Below, piece after piece: positions 1 through 10,216 of a DNA stretch of 64,000 bases (position 1 is its first letter; each line of letters begins with the position of its first letter). The stretch lies in the NCBI GenBank assembly GCA_012972825.1, contig JABDHL010000026.1, forward strand, positions 40,019-104,018. The letters run 5' to 3'. The stretch is from Chlorobiaceae bacterium. GTDB taxonomy: Bacteria > Bacteroidota > Chlorobiia > Chlorobiales > Chlorobiaceae. Both the position numbers and the translations under genes were made by a program. The notes under the pieces are model-generated. The model did no database searches, was not told where the DNA came from, and saw only the letters and a list, made by a program, of their open reading frames with translations.

Positions 1-1066
1 TGTGCAAGACATCCCTGTCACTGCCCGGATAACTGAACGAGAGTCCTTTGACAGTGATGGAACCTTGAAGTGGAATGTCGAGGAGCGGCCCCTTCCTGTC
101 AATGACGTCAGGCACTACATGAAGGAGTTCATCAATTCTGTTCAACGATGCAATCGACCGTTGCACAATATTGATAACGTTGCCTAATTGCTCAAGAGGC
201 ATTCGCAACATAGCCACATAAAGAGTGAAGGCCACAAAATCGCCCAGAGAAATGGTCTTCACCGTCACCAAAAAGCCACCGTATCCCAATACAAAAATAA
301 AGCCGAGATTAACCAGTAATGGCAATAACGCACCAAACAAAGCAGAGAGATGGACAAAGCGCATCTTTTCTTCAACAATTGCATCTACTCTACTCTCAAA
401 ACGACTGATAACTACATGTTCTGTGCCAAAAGCCTTGACTGTTCGAATGCCACCGATAACCTCTTCCGTCGTTTGTGCCATAGCTCCAAGAGCTTCCTGG
501 GAGCGCTGGGATTGGAGCCTTATTTGAGGACCAAGCCACTTGACAAGGAGGGGAATAAACAAAAGAGGACCAAGTCCGGCTAACGTCAATCGCCAGTCCA
601 CATGAACAGCCATCAGATAAGAGGCGCCAAGCAACATAGCCATCCCGCTTGTACCCTGATTAAGACCTTGAGAAACAAGTTCACGCACTACTTCGACATC
701 ACTTAAAGCATGCGAGATCATATCGCCCACACTGTGACGATGATAGTATGAGGGTGAAAGTGTACCCCATTTTGCAAACAACTCTTTACGCAGGCGATAG
801 GTCAGCTCCCGCCCCTTGTGGTGTACAAGAACACGCCCCCCCCAACCTGTTGCCACCCGAACCACTCCAATAATGACAATCAGCCAAACATATCCAGCCA
901 TCTCCGACATACCCAGCTTACCTTCCCGCAAGCAGTCAGTCACACGACCCAACACACTTGGAATCTGCGCAGCGAGCAGGCTGCCGAAAGCCACCATACC
1001 GATGCCAAATACATAGATCACCCAGTTTGTTCTGAAATAAGAGCCGACAATCCGTAATCCGGACAT
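1..1066 (-). CDS. ABC transporter, fused permease/ATPase (MsbA/ABCB-like). N-terminal 355 codons only; the 3' end lies beyond the window start.
   Basis: Absent from the supplied ORF track. Hand translation of the minus strand from ATG (1066-1064) is stop-free to position 1: MSGLRIVGSYFRTNWVIYVFGIGMVAFGSLLAAQ... It has several hydrophobic helices and ends ...LQGSITVKGLSFSYPGSDRDVLH, the usual entry into an ABC nucleotide-binding domain. Confidence 0.75.
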   Translation of the reverse strand, partial: MSGLRIVGSYFRTNWVIYVFGIGMVAFGSLLAAQIPSVLGRVTDCLREGKLGMSEMAGYVWLIVIIGVVRVATGWGGRVLVHHKGRELTYRLRKELFAKWGTLSPSYYHRHSVGDMISHALSDVEVVRELVSQGLNQGTSGMAMLLGASYLMAVHVDWRLTLAGLGPLLFIPLLVKWLGPQIRLQSQRSQEALGAMAQTTEEVIGGIRTVKAFGTEHVVISRFESRVDAIVEEKMRFVHLSALFGALLPLLVNLGFIFVLGYGGFLVTVKTISLGDFVAFTLYVAMLRMPLEQLGNVINIVQRSIASLNRIDELLHVVPDVIDRKGPLLDIPLQGSITVKGLSFSYPGSDRDVLH

Positions 1067-1076
1067 AATATTCAAT

Positions 1077-1550
1077 CTATCCTATATGCTTATTAACGGA
1101 GATCTTCAGAGGCGGGCCATATCCTTTACTGCGATCAAGATATTCAAGTTCACGTGTGTTAATTCTGTAGATGACCGCACTGTCCAGATCACCTTTTGCA
1201 ACACGTTCCCTGAAACGGGGACTCTTGGCACCAAGACGTTCAATTGCCTTATCATAATCTGCTGAACCGGCACTGACCGGCTCAGCATCACCGATCAAAA
1301 GAACACTTTTCCAGCTTTCAAGTACCTGATTGTCATGCTCAAAGTAAAACGATACACGCTTGTTATACTTTATCTCCTGCACTTTTGAGCTCTCTTCACC
1401 CGTTGAAAAATAGAGATCATCTCCATCAGGCGCGAAACTGCCAATAGCCCGAGAAACGGGGGTCAGATCGCGACGGACATAGGTGAGCAGTGCATATCTG
1501 GAATCCAGAATATATGTCCTAATTTCGGGCAGGTTCTCTGTTTGGCTCAT
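1077..1550 (-). CDS. pyridoxamine 5'-phosphate oxidase-like FMN-binding protein (general stress protein 26 type)
   Basis: The track ORF is 1077..1643. I prefer the internal ATG at 1550 (MSQTENLPEIRTYILDSRY...), which is preceded by AAGGAGA. The sequence looks split-barrel-like (GDDLYFSTGEESSKVQEIKYNKRVSFYFEHDN). Confidence 0.55.
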   Translation of the reverse strand: MSQTENLPEIRTYILDSRYALLTYVRRDLTPVSRAIGSFAPDGDDLYFSTGEESSKVQEIKYNKRVSFYFEHDNQVLESWKSVLLIGDAEPVSAGSADYDKAIERLGAKSPRFRERVAKGDLDSAVIYRINTRELEYLDRSKGYGPPLKISVNKHIG

Positions 1551-1892
1551 GTTGAGTCTCCTTGTCTTTAAACGTTGATGTGAATATTCCGAGAACGAAT
1601 AAAGCCGATCCCTTGACAGCTTGAATCGGCTTCCTGTGATCATTCACAAGCGGATCATTCTTCTGTGTATTACTGTGCTTAAAATCAGCAATTAACAGAA
1701 CTCAGCAAATCCCGTTTTAACGGCATATTGCATACCATAAATTAGTTATCAGCCACACTATTTGACCTCGATCAACAAAAATGGTCAAGTTTTCAGACAA
1801 TCAAGCTATCTCCATTTTTCTGAGAGGACTCTTTTCAGCTGATTATGTATATTGATGCTACTTATTTTAATGACTTTTAACTGTCTGAAACC

Positions 1893-2360
1893 ATGGTAGC
1901 CAGAATTCAGAATCTTTACCTGTTTCTTGCAGGATTGCTTGCTGCAGGAAGTATGTTTTTCCCTTTCTGGAGCTTCAGCGCCGGAAAGATTTATTTCATT
2001 ACTGATTTTGCTTCCTTCAGCACACCCGGCATCCTGTATGTCACGGAAAGCTGCTATGCTGCAGGAATATTTTCGCCTTTGACCGCCATACTCTCGCTTG
2101 CTTCGATTTTTCTCTTTAAAAACCGTGTTCTGCAAAGCAAGCTCATCCTACTGGGAATTCTTCTTTTTCTCGGTGACCTTTTTTCCGGGCTTACGGCGGC
2201 GCATTTTCTGAACCAGTATTTTCAGAGCATCGGAACTGCAGTAACGCACAAGCCTGAAGCAGGGTTTTTTATGCTTCTGCCTGAACCCGTACTCTTTATG
2301 ATGGCGCTGAAAGGGGTTAAAAAGGATGAGAAGATTGTCAATGCATACAAAAGACTGTAA
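1893..2360 (+). CDS. DUF4293-like small membrane protein
   Basis: 155 aa with four hydrophobic segments. The N-terminus MVARIQNLYLFLAGLLAAGSMFFPFW matches my recollection of the Bacteroidota/Chlorobiota DUF4293 family. Confidence 0.55.
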   Translation: MVARIQNLYLFLAGLLAAGSMFFPFWSFSAGKIYFITDFASFSTPGILYVTESCYAAGIFSPLTAILSLASIFLFKNRVLQSKLILLGILLFLGDLFSGLTAAHFLNQYFQSIGTAVTHKPEAGFFMLLPEPVLFMMALKGVKKDEKIVNAYKRL

Positions 2361-2362
2361 CC

Positions 2363-3376
2363 ATGCGCATTGTCTGGTCTGCCGGTGATCCTCACGGCAT
2401 CGGGCCGGAAATAATTCTGAAAACTTTTCTGAAACTTAAGCAATCCGGTCACTCATTTCTTGTTGCCGGATCATATTCCGTAATGGAGTATTACAGAAAA
2501 GCACTTGATCTGCCGGTCACACTTGAAATGGTTGACAATGCTTTGGCACTTGAGAAGAGAGATAGTGCAGGTTATGGAGTTCTGCCGGTGTTGAGTGTTG
2601 CTGAACCTGAAAGCATTGTACCCGGTACGATATCTGCTGAAGCCGGACGGGTTGCCATGGAGTCCATTCATGCTGCCGCTGAACTCTGCAGAGATGGTCT
2701 GAGCGATGCACTGGTTACAGCACCAATCAACAAGGAAGCCGTTGCATTGGCTGGCTATACGGAAACAGGCCATACGGGGTTCCTCGGCAGCATGTTCGGG
2801 ATACCTTCGCCGACCATGATGTTTGTTGATCCTGTTCTGAACCTCATGGTTGCCCTTGCCACTATTCATGAACCACTTGAAAAGATTCCCGGACTGATCC
2901 GGAAGATGGATCTTGACGCTTTTCTTTCTGCCCTTGCTGCATCACTGAAAAGTGATTTCGGAATTGCTCAGCCCCGCATCGCGGTGCTCGGCCTTAATCC
3001 GCATGCTTCTGACGGTGGGGTGATGGGTTGTGAAGAACAGGAGATTATACGTCCCTGTATCGAAAGGCTTTCATCCCGATTCCATGTTGACGGACCTTTT
3101 CCAGCAGATGGATTTTTTGGTGCTGGAAGCTATAAAAACTATGATATTGTTGTAGCGATGTATCACGATCAGGGTCTCCTGCCGTTCAAGGTTCTCGCTT
3201 TCGATACAGGGGTAAACGTTACGCTTGGACTGCCGATTGTACGGACATCGCCCGATCACGGGACAGGCTTTGATATTTCCGGTAAAGGAGTTGCATCTGA
3301 AAGGAGTTGTTATGAAGCTACGCTGCTTGCCATCACGATCGCCAGAAACAGAAATAAAACTGTACAACAATTATGA
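2363..3376 (+). CDS. pdxA: 4-hydroxythreonine-4-phosphate dehydrogenase
   Basis: 337 aa with PdxA hallmarks GLNPHASDGG, MYHDQGLLPFK and RTSPDHGTGFDISGKG. Confidence 0.9.
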   Translation: MRIVWSAGDPHGIGPEIILKTFLKLKQSGHSFLVAGSYSVMEYYRKALDLPVTLEMVDNALALEKRDSAGYGVLPVLSVAEPESIVPGTISAEAGRVAMESIHAAAELCRDGLSDALVTAPINKEAVALAGYTETGHTGFLGSMFGIPSPTMMFVDPVLNLMVALATIHEPLEKIPGLIRKMDLDAFLSALAASLKSDFGIAQPRIAVLGLNPHASDGGVMGCEEQEIIRPCIERLSSRFHVDGPFPADGFFGAGSYKNYDIVVAMYHDQGLLPFKVLAFDTGVNVTLGLPIVRTSPDHGTGFDISGKGVASERSCYEATLLAITIARNRNKTVQQL

Positions 3377-4077
3377 TATCTTTAATTAACGTTGACATAG
3401 AGCTTAATAAAAAACCGGTCTTCCAAAATCTCAACCTTGTTATACAGCAGGGGGAGCTGGTCTATATTGTCGGTAAGAGCGGCAGTGGAAAGACAACGCT
3501 GCTTAAATCGCTCTATATGGATATACGTCCGAAAAGAGGTGAAATACGGATTGCCGGGTACAGTTCGCGCACCATTAAAAAGCGGCAGATTCCGCATCTT
3601 CGCAGAAAACTGGGGATTGTTTTTCAGGACTTCCGTTTGCTGGAAGACCGTAATGTGTATGATAATTTGGCTTTTGTGCTGCAGGTGACCGGTACGAAGG
3701 AGCAGCTCATCAAGGAAAAGGTTATGCATGCGCTTGAGAGTGTCGGCCTTGAACATTCGGCAAAGGTTATGCCCCTGAGTTTGTCGGGTGGAGAGCAGCA
3801 GAGAATTTCAATAGCAAGGGCACTGGTCCGTGAACCACTGGTTATTCTTGCTGATGAACCGACTGGCAATCTCGACCCCGATACCTCTCTGGAGATCCTT
3901 GAATATCTGAAAAGAATTAACCAGAAGGGAATCATCGTTCTTATCGGCACTCATGATTATGAACTGGTTCGACACTCCCCTTTCAGAACGTTGCAGATCA
4001 GCGGACTGAACATGGTTGAGACCACCATGGAACCTTCTGCCACCGGATTCAGACCAGCAGCAACAGCACAGGCCTGA
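3373..4077 (+). CDS. ftsE: FtsE-like ABC transporter ATP-binding protein
   Basis: Walker A GKSGSGKTTLLK, signature LSGGEQQR, Walker B ILADEPTGNLD. ATGA overlap with pdxA. No permease gene follows; the Wadjet island starts next. Confidence 0.65.
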   Translation: MISLINVDIELNKKPVFQNLNLVIQQGELVYIVGKSGSGKTTLLKSLYMDIRPKRGEIRIAGYSSRTIKKRQIPHLRRKLGIVFQDFRLLEDRNVYDNLAFVLQVTGTKEQLIKEKVMHALESVGLEHSAKVMPLSLSGGEQQRISIARALVREPLVILADEPTGNLDPDTSLEILEYLKRINQKGIIVLIGTHDYELVRHSPFRTLQISGLNMVETTMEPSATGFRPAATAQA

Positions 4078-4178
4078 CACCTGAGGCACTTGAGCTGCTT
4101 ATAGTGGTAAGAAATTGCGCATCGGCCATTGTCCAGTGGTGTGGGGTGATTGAGAGATTTGTTTATGTGTTACTTTTC

Positions 4179-4192
4179 GCTACGTTTGTAGC
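4179..4192. promoter_or_regulatory. Short palindrome upstream of the ParD-like gene (possible autoregulatory operator)
   Basis: GCTAC-GTTT-GTAGC, a perfect 5-bp inverted repeat 24 nt upstream of the ATG at 4216. Confidence 0.25.
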
Positions 4193-4215
4193 AAAGTTAT
4201 TCATGGAGAAAAATT

Positions 4216-4491
4216 ATGGGAATGCCAGTACGAATAGATGATATCTTATATGGACAAGCAAGAGCTCAGGCTAAGGCCGAGCATCGTACCATTGCTGGAC
4301 AAATTGAGTTTTGGGCGAAGATAGGACGGGCAGCTCTGGACAATCCAGATTTGCCAATTGATTTTGTTCGGGATCTTCTGGTTGCCAGGGCAGAGGGAAA
4401 GTCGCACTCAACACCATTTGTACCAGAAGGGCATCTCGAAAGTTATACCGAATTGTTTGACCTTTCTTTTCAGGAAAAAGAAGAAATCTGA
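4216..4491 (+). CDS. ParD-like type II antitoxin (orphan; no intact toxin downstream)
   Basis: 91 aa. MGMPVRIDDILYGQARAQAKAEHRTIAGQIEFWAKIGRAAL resembles the ParD_like antitoxin family as I recall it. RBS GGAGAA lies upstream. Confidence 0.5.
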   Translation: MGMPVRIDDILYGQARAQAKAEHRTIAGQIEFWAKIGRAALDNPDLPIDFVRDLLVARAEGKSHSTPFVPEGHLESYTELFDLSFQEKEEI

Positions 4492-4777
4492 TATTCTTTC
4501 TTCCTGGCGAAGAAAAAAACCTTCATAAAAGCGCGACCATCAGCGATTCAAAAACCCGACACCGGGAGCTCCGTGCTCTGACGGATTGCTGCAACGAGTT
4601 CGGTTTGCGCCGTGGTCTCATTAACATCACGCTCAACGCAGCGGAAAAGTTGGAGCACCATGGAATTGAGAACGGAAAAAAAGCAATCGAAAAAAACGGA
4701 GAAAAAGCTTTAAGTTCAGCCTAAAATCCAGCCCGCTTCCGGCGGCACTTTTTCCACCAGAAATCAATAGTGCACTT

Positions 4778-6226
4778 TTGGCCCTCGACTACACGACACT
4801 GAACCTGCTCCGTCAGAACCACCCTGCCTGGCGATTGTTGTGCGCTCAGCATGCGCCGTTGGTGGCTGGTTTTCTGCATCGGGTCTTTATTGTACCCAAT
4901 GTGCGGATCCTCTCGCAGGCTGATCTTGTTGAGGCGCTGGAAGATGAACTGTTTGCCTTGCGGCAGCAACAGGGAGCCGACCAGTTTCCCGGTACAGCGC
5001 AAAACTATCTGAATGACTGGGCTGATAACGAGAAGGGATGGCTGCGCAAATTCTATCCCGACGGTACGGATGAGCCTCACTTTGATCTGACAGCTGCAAC
5101 TGAAAAGGCGCTGGCCTGGCTGGAAAGCCTGACTGAACGTGCTTTTGTGGGAACAGAGTCGCGACTTCTGACCCTGTTTGAATTGTTGCGTCAGATGAGC
5201 ATGGGTAGCCAGGCTGATCCTGAAGTGCGGATTGCGGAGCTGCAAAAGCGCCGTGACGACATTAATGCAGAAATTGCCCGCATCCTTGCCGGTGAGATAT
5301 CGCTGCTCGATGATACAGCCCTGAAGGATCGGTTTCAGCAGTTTCTGCAACTGGCTCGTGAATTGTTAACTGATTTTCGCGAGGTGGAGCATAACTTTCG
5401 CACACTTGATCGCCGCGTGCGTGAGCGCATTGCCCTCTGGGAGGGAGCCAAGGGAGCGCTGCTTGAAGAGATCATGGGCGAACGTGATGCCATTGCCGAT
5501 TCGGATCAGGGGAAAAGTTTCCGGGCATTCTGGGATTTTCTCATGTCGCAGTCACGCCAGGAGGAGTTGAGCCTGCTCCTTGAAGAGGTGCTGGCTTTGC
5601 CGCCGATTGTCTCGATGCGTCCCGATACCCGTCTGCGACGTGTTCACTACGACTGGCTTGAGGCGGGGGAACACACCCAGCGCACGGTAGCCCGACTTTC
5701 AGAACAGTTGCGCAGGTTTCTGGATGACAAGGCGTGGCTTGAAAATCGGCGCATCATGGATATTCTGCACGAGGTTGAAACTCATGCCCTTGATTTGCGC
5801 AACGATTTCCCTACAGGCGGCTTCATGCCTCTCGACAGCTCCACAGCGGTCATTGAGCTGCCTCTTGAAAGAGCGCTCTATCGCCCCCCATTCAAGCCAT
5901 TGATTTCCGGCATTGCCCTGGATGAGGGTGATGCGGAGATCGATACCACAGTGCTTTATGCCCAGGTGGTGGTTGACCGGGCCGAACTGTTGCGCAATAT
6001 CCGCCAGGAACTGCAGATGCGCAGCCAGATCACCATCGGGGAGGTTATTGTGCTTCATCCCCTGCGTAACGGCCTTGCCGAACTGGTTGCTTATCTGCAG
6101 CTTGCCGGGGATTGGCCCAAAACGGCGGTGGACGAAGGAGTGCAGGAAGAGGTAAGGTGGGAAAGCGCAACGGGTATATCCCGGCTGGCAACCTTGCCGC
6201 GTATTATTTTATTAAGAAACAGATGA
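4778..6226 (+). CDS. jetA: Wadjet JetA (DUF3375, MksF/kleisin-like)
   Basis: 482 aa with a TTG start. It is the first of four overlapping co-directional ORFs, and its size and position fit JetA. The stop overlaps the jetB start (ATGA at 6223-6226). Confidence 0.8.
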   Translation: MALDYTTLNLLRQNHPAWRLLCAQHAPLVAGFLHRVFIVPNVRILSQADLVEALEDELFALRQQQGADQFPGTAQNYLNDWADNEKGWLRKFYPDGTDEPHFDLTAATEKALAWLESLTERAFVGTESRLLTLFELLRQMSMGSQADPEVRIAELQKRRDDINAEIARILAGEISLLDDTALKDRFQQFLQLARELLTDFREVEHNFRTLDRRVRERIALWEGAKGALLEEIMGERDAIADSDQGKSFRAFWDFLMSQSRQEELSLLLEEVLALPPIVSMRPDTRLRRVHYDWLEAGEHTQRTVARLSEQLRRFLDDKAWLENRRIMDILHEVETHALDLRNDFPTGGFMPLDSSTAVIELPLERALYRPPFKPLISGIALDEGDAEIDTTVLYAQVVVDRAELLRNIRQELQMRSQITIGEVIVLHPLRNGLAELVAYLQLAGDWPKTAVDEGVQEEVRWESATGISRLATLPRIILLRNR

Positions 6227-6858
6227 TGAACCATACAGAGATAGAAACTTCCCGTCCGATGTATCCGATACAGGAGCTCTCTTCCGTTGTGATTCCCCTT
6301 TTGAAAGGGGTGATCTACCAGGAGGAGAACCCGGCGTTATGGACCGCTTTGCTCAACCTGCTGGCAAGCGTTCGGGATTACGTTGCGGTGCTTGGCCTGG
6401 AATTGATTATTGATGAGGCAGAAGGGTACGCTTTTTTGCGATCTCACTCTGAAATCGGCGCAGAGGGCACGAACACTACTCCCCGACTGATAGCAAGAAG
6501 GCAACTCAGTTACCCGGTCAGCCTGCTGCTGGCACTGCTGCGCAAAAAACTTGCCGAATTTGATGCCGGTGCAGGTGACACACGCCTGATTCTTTCGCGG
6601 GATGAGGTGGTCGAACTGATCCGGATTTTTCTCCCCGCAGCCAGCAATGAGGTCAAGTTGATCGACCAGGTCGATGCCACATTGAATAAAATCGCTGATC
6701 TTGGCTTTATCCGCCGTTTGCGGGGAGAACGGCAGATGATTGAGGTGCGCCGGATTATCAAGGCCTTTATCGACGCCCAGTGGCTGGCCGATTTTGATCA
6801 ACGCCTCAACGAATACCTGCAGCGACCTGCACAACCGATGGAGGGGAATGATGAGTGA
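6223..6858 (+). CDS. jetB: Wadjet JetB (DUF4194, MksE-like)
   Basis: 211 aa from ATG 6223. The track ORF starts at 6112, inside jetA; I prefer the ATGA-overlap start. It is a small acidic subunit between JetA and the SMC-like ATPase. Confidence 0.8.
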   Translation: MMNHTEIETSRPMYPIQELSSVVIPLLKGVIYQEENPALWTALLNLLASVRDYVAVLGLELIIDEAEGYAFLRSHSEIGAEGTNTTPRLIARRQLSYPVSLLLALLRKKLAEFDAGAGDTRLILSRDEVVELIRIFLPAASNEVKLIDQVDATLNKIADLGFIRRLRGERQMIEVRRIIKAFIDAQWLADFDQRLNEYLQRPAQPMEGNDE

Positions 6859-9800
6859 GGCACTTGAACTTGGATTTATTGGTGATGACAGCCTGGCTGG
6901 CTTTCGACTGCAGCGTCTTGAGGTGTTCAACTGGGGCACCTTTGATGGACGAGTCTGGACGTTACGACTGGGCGGAAAAAATGGACTCCTCACGGGGGAT
7001 ATCGGTTCCGGAAAATCAACGCTGGTCGATGCCGTAACTACCTTGCTGGTGCCAAGCCAGCGCATTGCCTACAACAAGGCGGCTGGAGCAGATAACCGTG
7101 AACGCACCCTGCGCTCTTACGTGCTCGGTTATTTCAAGTCGGAACGCCAGGAAACTCTTGGAGGTGGAGCCAAACCAGTCGCCCTGCGTGAACCCAACAG
7201 TTATTCAGTCATTCTCGGTGTCTTTCATAACGAAGGATACGACAAGACCGTAACCCTGGCACAAATTTTCTGGATGAAGGATGCCACACAGCCAGCCCGT
7301 CTTTATGCCGTCTGTGAGCGCGACCTCTCCATCGCCACCGATTTTTCAGCATTTGGTACCGAAATAGCGACACTGCGCCGGCGTCTGCGCGGGTCTGGAA
7401 TCGACCTGTTTGAAAGCTTTCCACCTTACGGCGCCTGGTTCCGTCGGCGCTTCGGCATTGACAATGAGCAGGCACTTGATCTCTTCCATCAAACTGTATC
7501 GCTCAAGTCAGTGGGAAACCTGACTGATTTCGTACGCAGCCACATGCTCGAACCGTTCAATGTTGAGCCGCGCATTGACGCCCTTATCCAGCATTTCGAG
7601 GATCTCAACCGCGCGCACGAAGCTGTCCTCAAAGCGAAGCGACAAATAGAGATGCTGGGGCCTCTGGTGGCTGATTGCGACAATCACCAAACCCTGGCGC
7701 GAACAGCGGAAGCATTGCGGGCTTCGCGCGATACCCTGCGCCCCTGGTTTGCCTCCCTCAAGCTTGCATTGCTGGAAAAACGCCAAACCTCGCTTGATGA
7801 AGAGTTGAGCCGTCACCATATCGCCATCGAACAACTTGAAGGTGACCGCCGCACCCAGCAAGGGCGTGATCGTGAGCTGCGCCGAACCATCGCCGAAAAC
7901 GGCGGTGACCGGATTGAGAGTATCGCCGCTGAGATTCGACAGAAACAGGACGATCTTAAACGGCGCAATCAGAAAGCAACCCGATATGGAGAACTTGCAC
8001 GCCAGCTTGGGGAGCTTCCTGCAACGAATGCTGAGGAGTTTCATCTTCAACGTACCGGGCATTCAGCCATACATGAGGCAACGGCTGAAACTGAAGCCCG
8101 TGTTCAAAACGATCTCAATGAGACGGGTGTACTCTTTGCCCAGGGGCGTCATGAGCATGAGCAACTGACCACGGAGATCAAGGGGTTGAAAGCCCGCATG
8201 AGCAATATCGACGAAAAACAGGTTGCCATGCGGCGCTCGCTCTGTAAGGCGCTGAATATTGCTGAAGATGAGATGCCGTTTGCAGGCGAGTTGCTCCAGG
8301 TTCGTGAGGAGGATGCGGTATGGGAAGGCGCCATTGAACGAGTGCTCCGCAACTTCGGCCTCTCGCTGCTGGTACCGGACAATCACTATCAGAAGGTGGC
8401 GGAATGGGTGGAGCGAACCAATTTGAAAGGTCGTCTGGTCTATTTTCGGGTACGCCAGCACTCTCGCAGCGAACAGTTGCCGGAGCAACCGGCTTCGCTG
8501 GCCCGCAAGCTCGCCATTAAAGCCGATTCCCCTTATTTCGAGTGGATGGAACGGGAAATCGCCTGGCGTTTCGATCTTGTTTGCTGCATGAACCAGGAGG
8601 AGTTCCGGAGGGAGAAAAAAGCCATAACCCTGGGCGGGCAAATCAAGTCACCGGGTGAACGCCACGAAAAGGATGACCGCCACCGGCTTGACGACCGCAG
8701 CCGCTACGTACTCGGATGGAGCAATGCTGCCAAAATCGCAGCGCTTGAAGTGAATGCCCAGCGACAGAAACAAGAGCTTGCCGAACTCGCAGGTCGTATC
8801 AGTACGTTGCAGCAAGAGCAGACAACGCTCAAGGAGCGCCTGACAATCCTCTCCAAACTTGATGAGTATCCGGATTTCCGCGATCTCGACTGGCAGCCGG
8901 TAGCATTTGCGATCGCCAGGCTGGAAACAGAAAAGCGTGACCTTGAGGCGACCTCGAATATTCTGCAAACCCTCGTAGCACAGCTTGCCGCATTGGAAAA
9001 GGAACTGCAGGAAACGGAGCGGCAACTTGACGATCGGAAGGATAAACGATCGAAAATCGAGCAGAAAATCAGCCTCATCAGGGAGTTGCAGCAACAGACA
9101 CGTACACTGCTGGATGAAGCAGGGCCAGAAGCGGCCGGGCGTTTTGCCATGCTTGAAGCCATGCGCACTCAGGCTCTCGGCGATCAGACGCTGACGGTTG
9201 AGTCCTGTGACAATAACGAGCGGAAGATGCGTGACTGGCTGCAGACAAAGATCGACGTCGAGGACAGGAAGCTCTCCCGACTGAGTGAAAAGATTATCAG
9301 GGCAATGACCGAATACAAGGAGGAGTGGAAACTTGAAACTCGTGAGGTGGATGTCAACATTGCCGCAGGATTTGAATATCGTTCGATGTTTGAACAACTC
9401 CGTGCCGATGATCTGCCACGCTTTGAGGGACGGTTCAAGGATCTCCTCAACGAAAATACCATCCGTGAGGTTGCCAATTTTCAGTCACAACTGGCCCGCG
9501 AGCGCGAGACGATAAAGGAGCGCATTACCCGACTCAATGAATCACTCATTCAAATAGACTTCAATCCCGGTCGATACATCACCCTCGAAGCCCAAATGAA
9601 CCTCGATGCCGACATCCGTGAATTTCAGGCGGAGCTTCGCGCCTGCACCGAAGGGAGTCTGACCGGCTCGGATGACGCGCAATATTCCGAAGCAAAATTT
9701 CTGCAGGTACGACGGATCATCGATCGATTCCGTGGCCGTGATGAGCACGCTGACCTCGATCGGCGTTGGAGTGCCAAAGTCACCGATGTGCGCAACTGGT

Positions 9801-10216
9801 TCGTGTTTGCTGCAAGTGAAAGGTGGCGCGAAGACGACACCGAACATGAACATTACGCCGATTCGGGGGGCAAATCGGGAGGGCAGAAGGAGAAGCTTGC
9901 CTATACCGTGCTTGCCGCCAGCCTTGCCTATCAATTCGGTCTGGAATGGGGCGCGGTTCGATCGCGCTCCTTCCGCTTCGTTGTCATCGACGAGGCCTTT
10001 GGTCGCGGTTCCGATGAGTCGGCCCAGTACGGCCTGCAACTCTTCGCCCAGCTCAACCTGCAACTGCTGATTGTTACGCCGTTACAGAAAATCCACATCA
10101 TCGAGCCGTTTGTTTCCAGTGTCGGTTTTGTGCACAATCAGGAGGGCCGCTGCTCGGTGTTGCGCAACCTCACCATCGAAGAGTATTACGCTGAAAAAGA
10201 GAAGGCACTCGTATGA
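6848..10216 (+). CDS. jetC: Wadjet JetC (SMC/MksB-like ATPase)
   Basis: About 1122 aa from ATG 6848; the track ORF starts at 6740. Walker [14 protein letters not shown], a long heptad-rich middle, signature [10 protein letters not shown] and Walker [17 protein letters not shown]. Confidence 0.9.
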   Translation: MMSEALELGFIGDDSLAGFRLQRLEVFNWGTFDGRVWTLRLGGKNGLLTGDIGSGKSTLVDAVTTLLVPSQRIAYNKAAGADNRERTLRSYVLGYFKSERQETLGGGAKPVALREPNSYSVILGVFHNEGYDKTVTLAQIFWMKDATQPARLYAVCERDLSIATDFSAFGTEIATLRRRLRGSGIDLFESFPPYGAWFRRRFGIDNEQALDLFHQTVSLKSVGNLTDFVRSHMLEPFNVEPRIDALIQHFEDLNRAHEAVLKAKRQIEMLGPLVADCDNHQTLARTAEALRASRDTLRPWFASLKLALLEKRQTSLDEELSRHHIAIEQLEGDRRTQQGRDRELRRTIAENGGDRIESIAAEIRQKQDDLKRRNQKATRYGELARQLGELPATNAEEFHLQRTGHSAIHEATAETEARVQNDLNETGVLFAQGRHEHEQLTTEIKGLKARMSNIDEKQVAMRRSLCKALNIAEDEMPFAGELLQVREEDAVWEGAIERVLRNFGLSLLVPDNHYQKVAEWVERTNLKGRLVYFRVRQHSRSEQLPEQPASLARKLAIKADSPYFEWMEREIAWRFDLVCCMNQEEFRREKKAITLGGQIKSPGERHEKDDRHRLDDRSRYVLGWSNAAKIAALEVNAQRQKQELAELAGRISTLQQEQTTLKERLTILSKLDEYPDFRDLDWQPVAFAIARLETEKRDLEATSNILQTLVAQLAALEKELQETERQLDDRKDKRSKIEQKISLIRELQQQTRTLLDEAGPEAAGRFAMLEAMRTQALGDQTLTVESCDNNERKMRDWLQTKIDVEDRKLSRLSEKIIRAMTEYKEEWKLETREVDVNIAAGFEYRSMFEQLRADDLPRFEGRFKDLLNENTIREVANFQSQLARERETIKERITRLNESLIQIDFNPGRYITLEAQMNLDADIREFQAELRACTEGSLTGSDDAQYSEAKFLQVRRIIDRFRGRDEHADLDRRWSAKVTDVRNWFVFAASERWREDDTEHEHYADSGGKSGGQKEKLAYTVLAASLAYQFGLEWGAVRSRSFRFVVIDEAFGRGSDESAQYGLQLFAQLNLQLLIVTPLQKIHIIEPFVSSVGFVHNQEGRCSVLRNLTIEEYYAEKEKALV

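Noticed and set aside
2-187. 61-aa plus-strand ORF at the window start.
   Set aside because: It is antisense to the stop-free ABC transporter frame that spans 1-1066.
3373-4215. Idea that the Wadjet insertion displaced an ftsX partner of the ftsE-like gene.
   Set aside because: This is pure speculation. Many genomes encode ftsE-like ATPases without an adjacent permease, and nothing in 4078-4215 resembles an ftsX remnant.
4721-5350. 209-aa minus-strand ORF, and similar long antisense ORFs (6337..7065, 7508..8062, 8063..8641, 8648..9397, 9542..10063).
   Set aside because: All lie antisense within jetA, jetB or jetC, whose frames carry clear motifs. They are typical shadow ORFs of GC-biased coding sequence.
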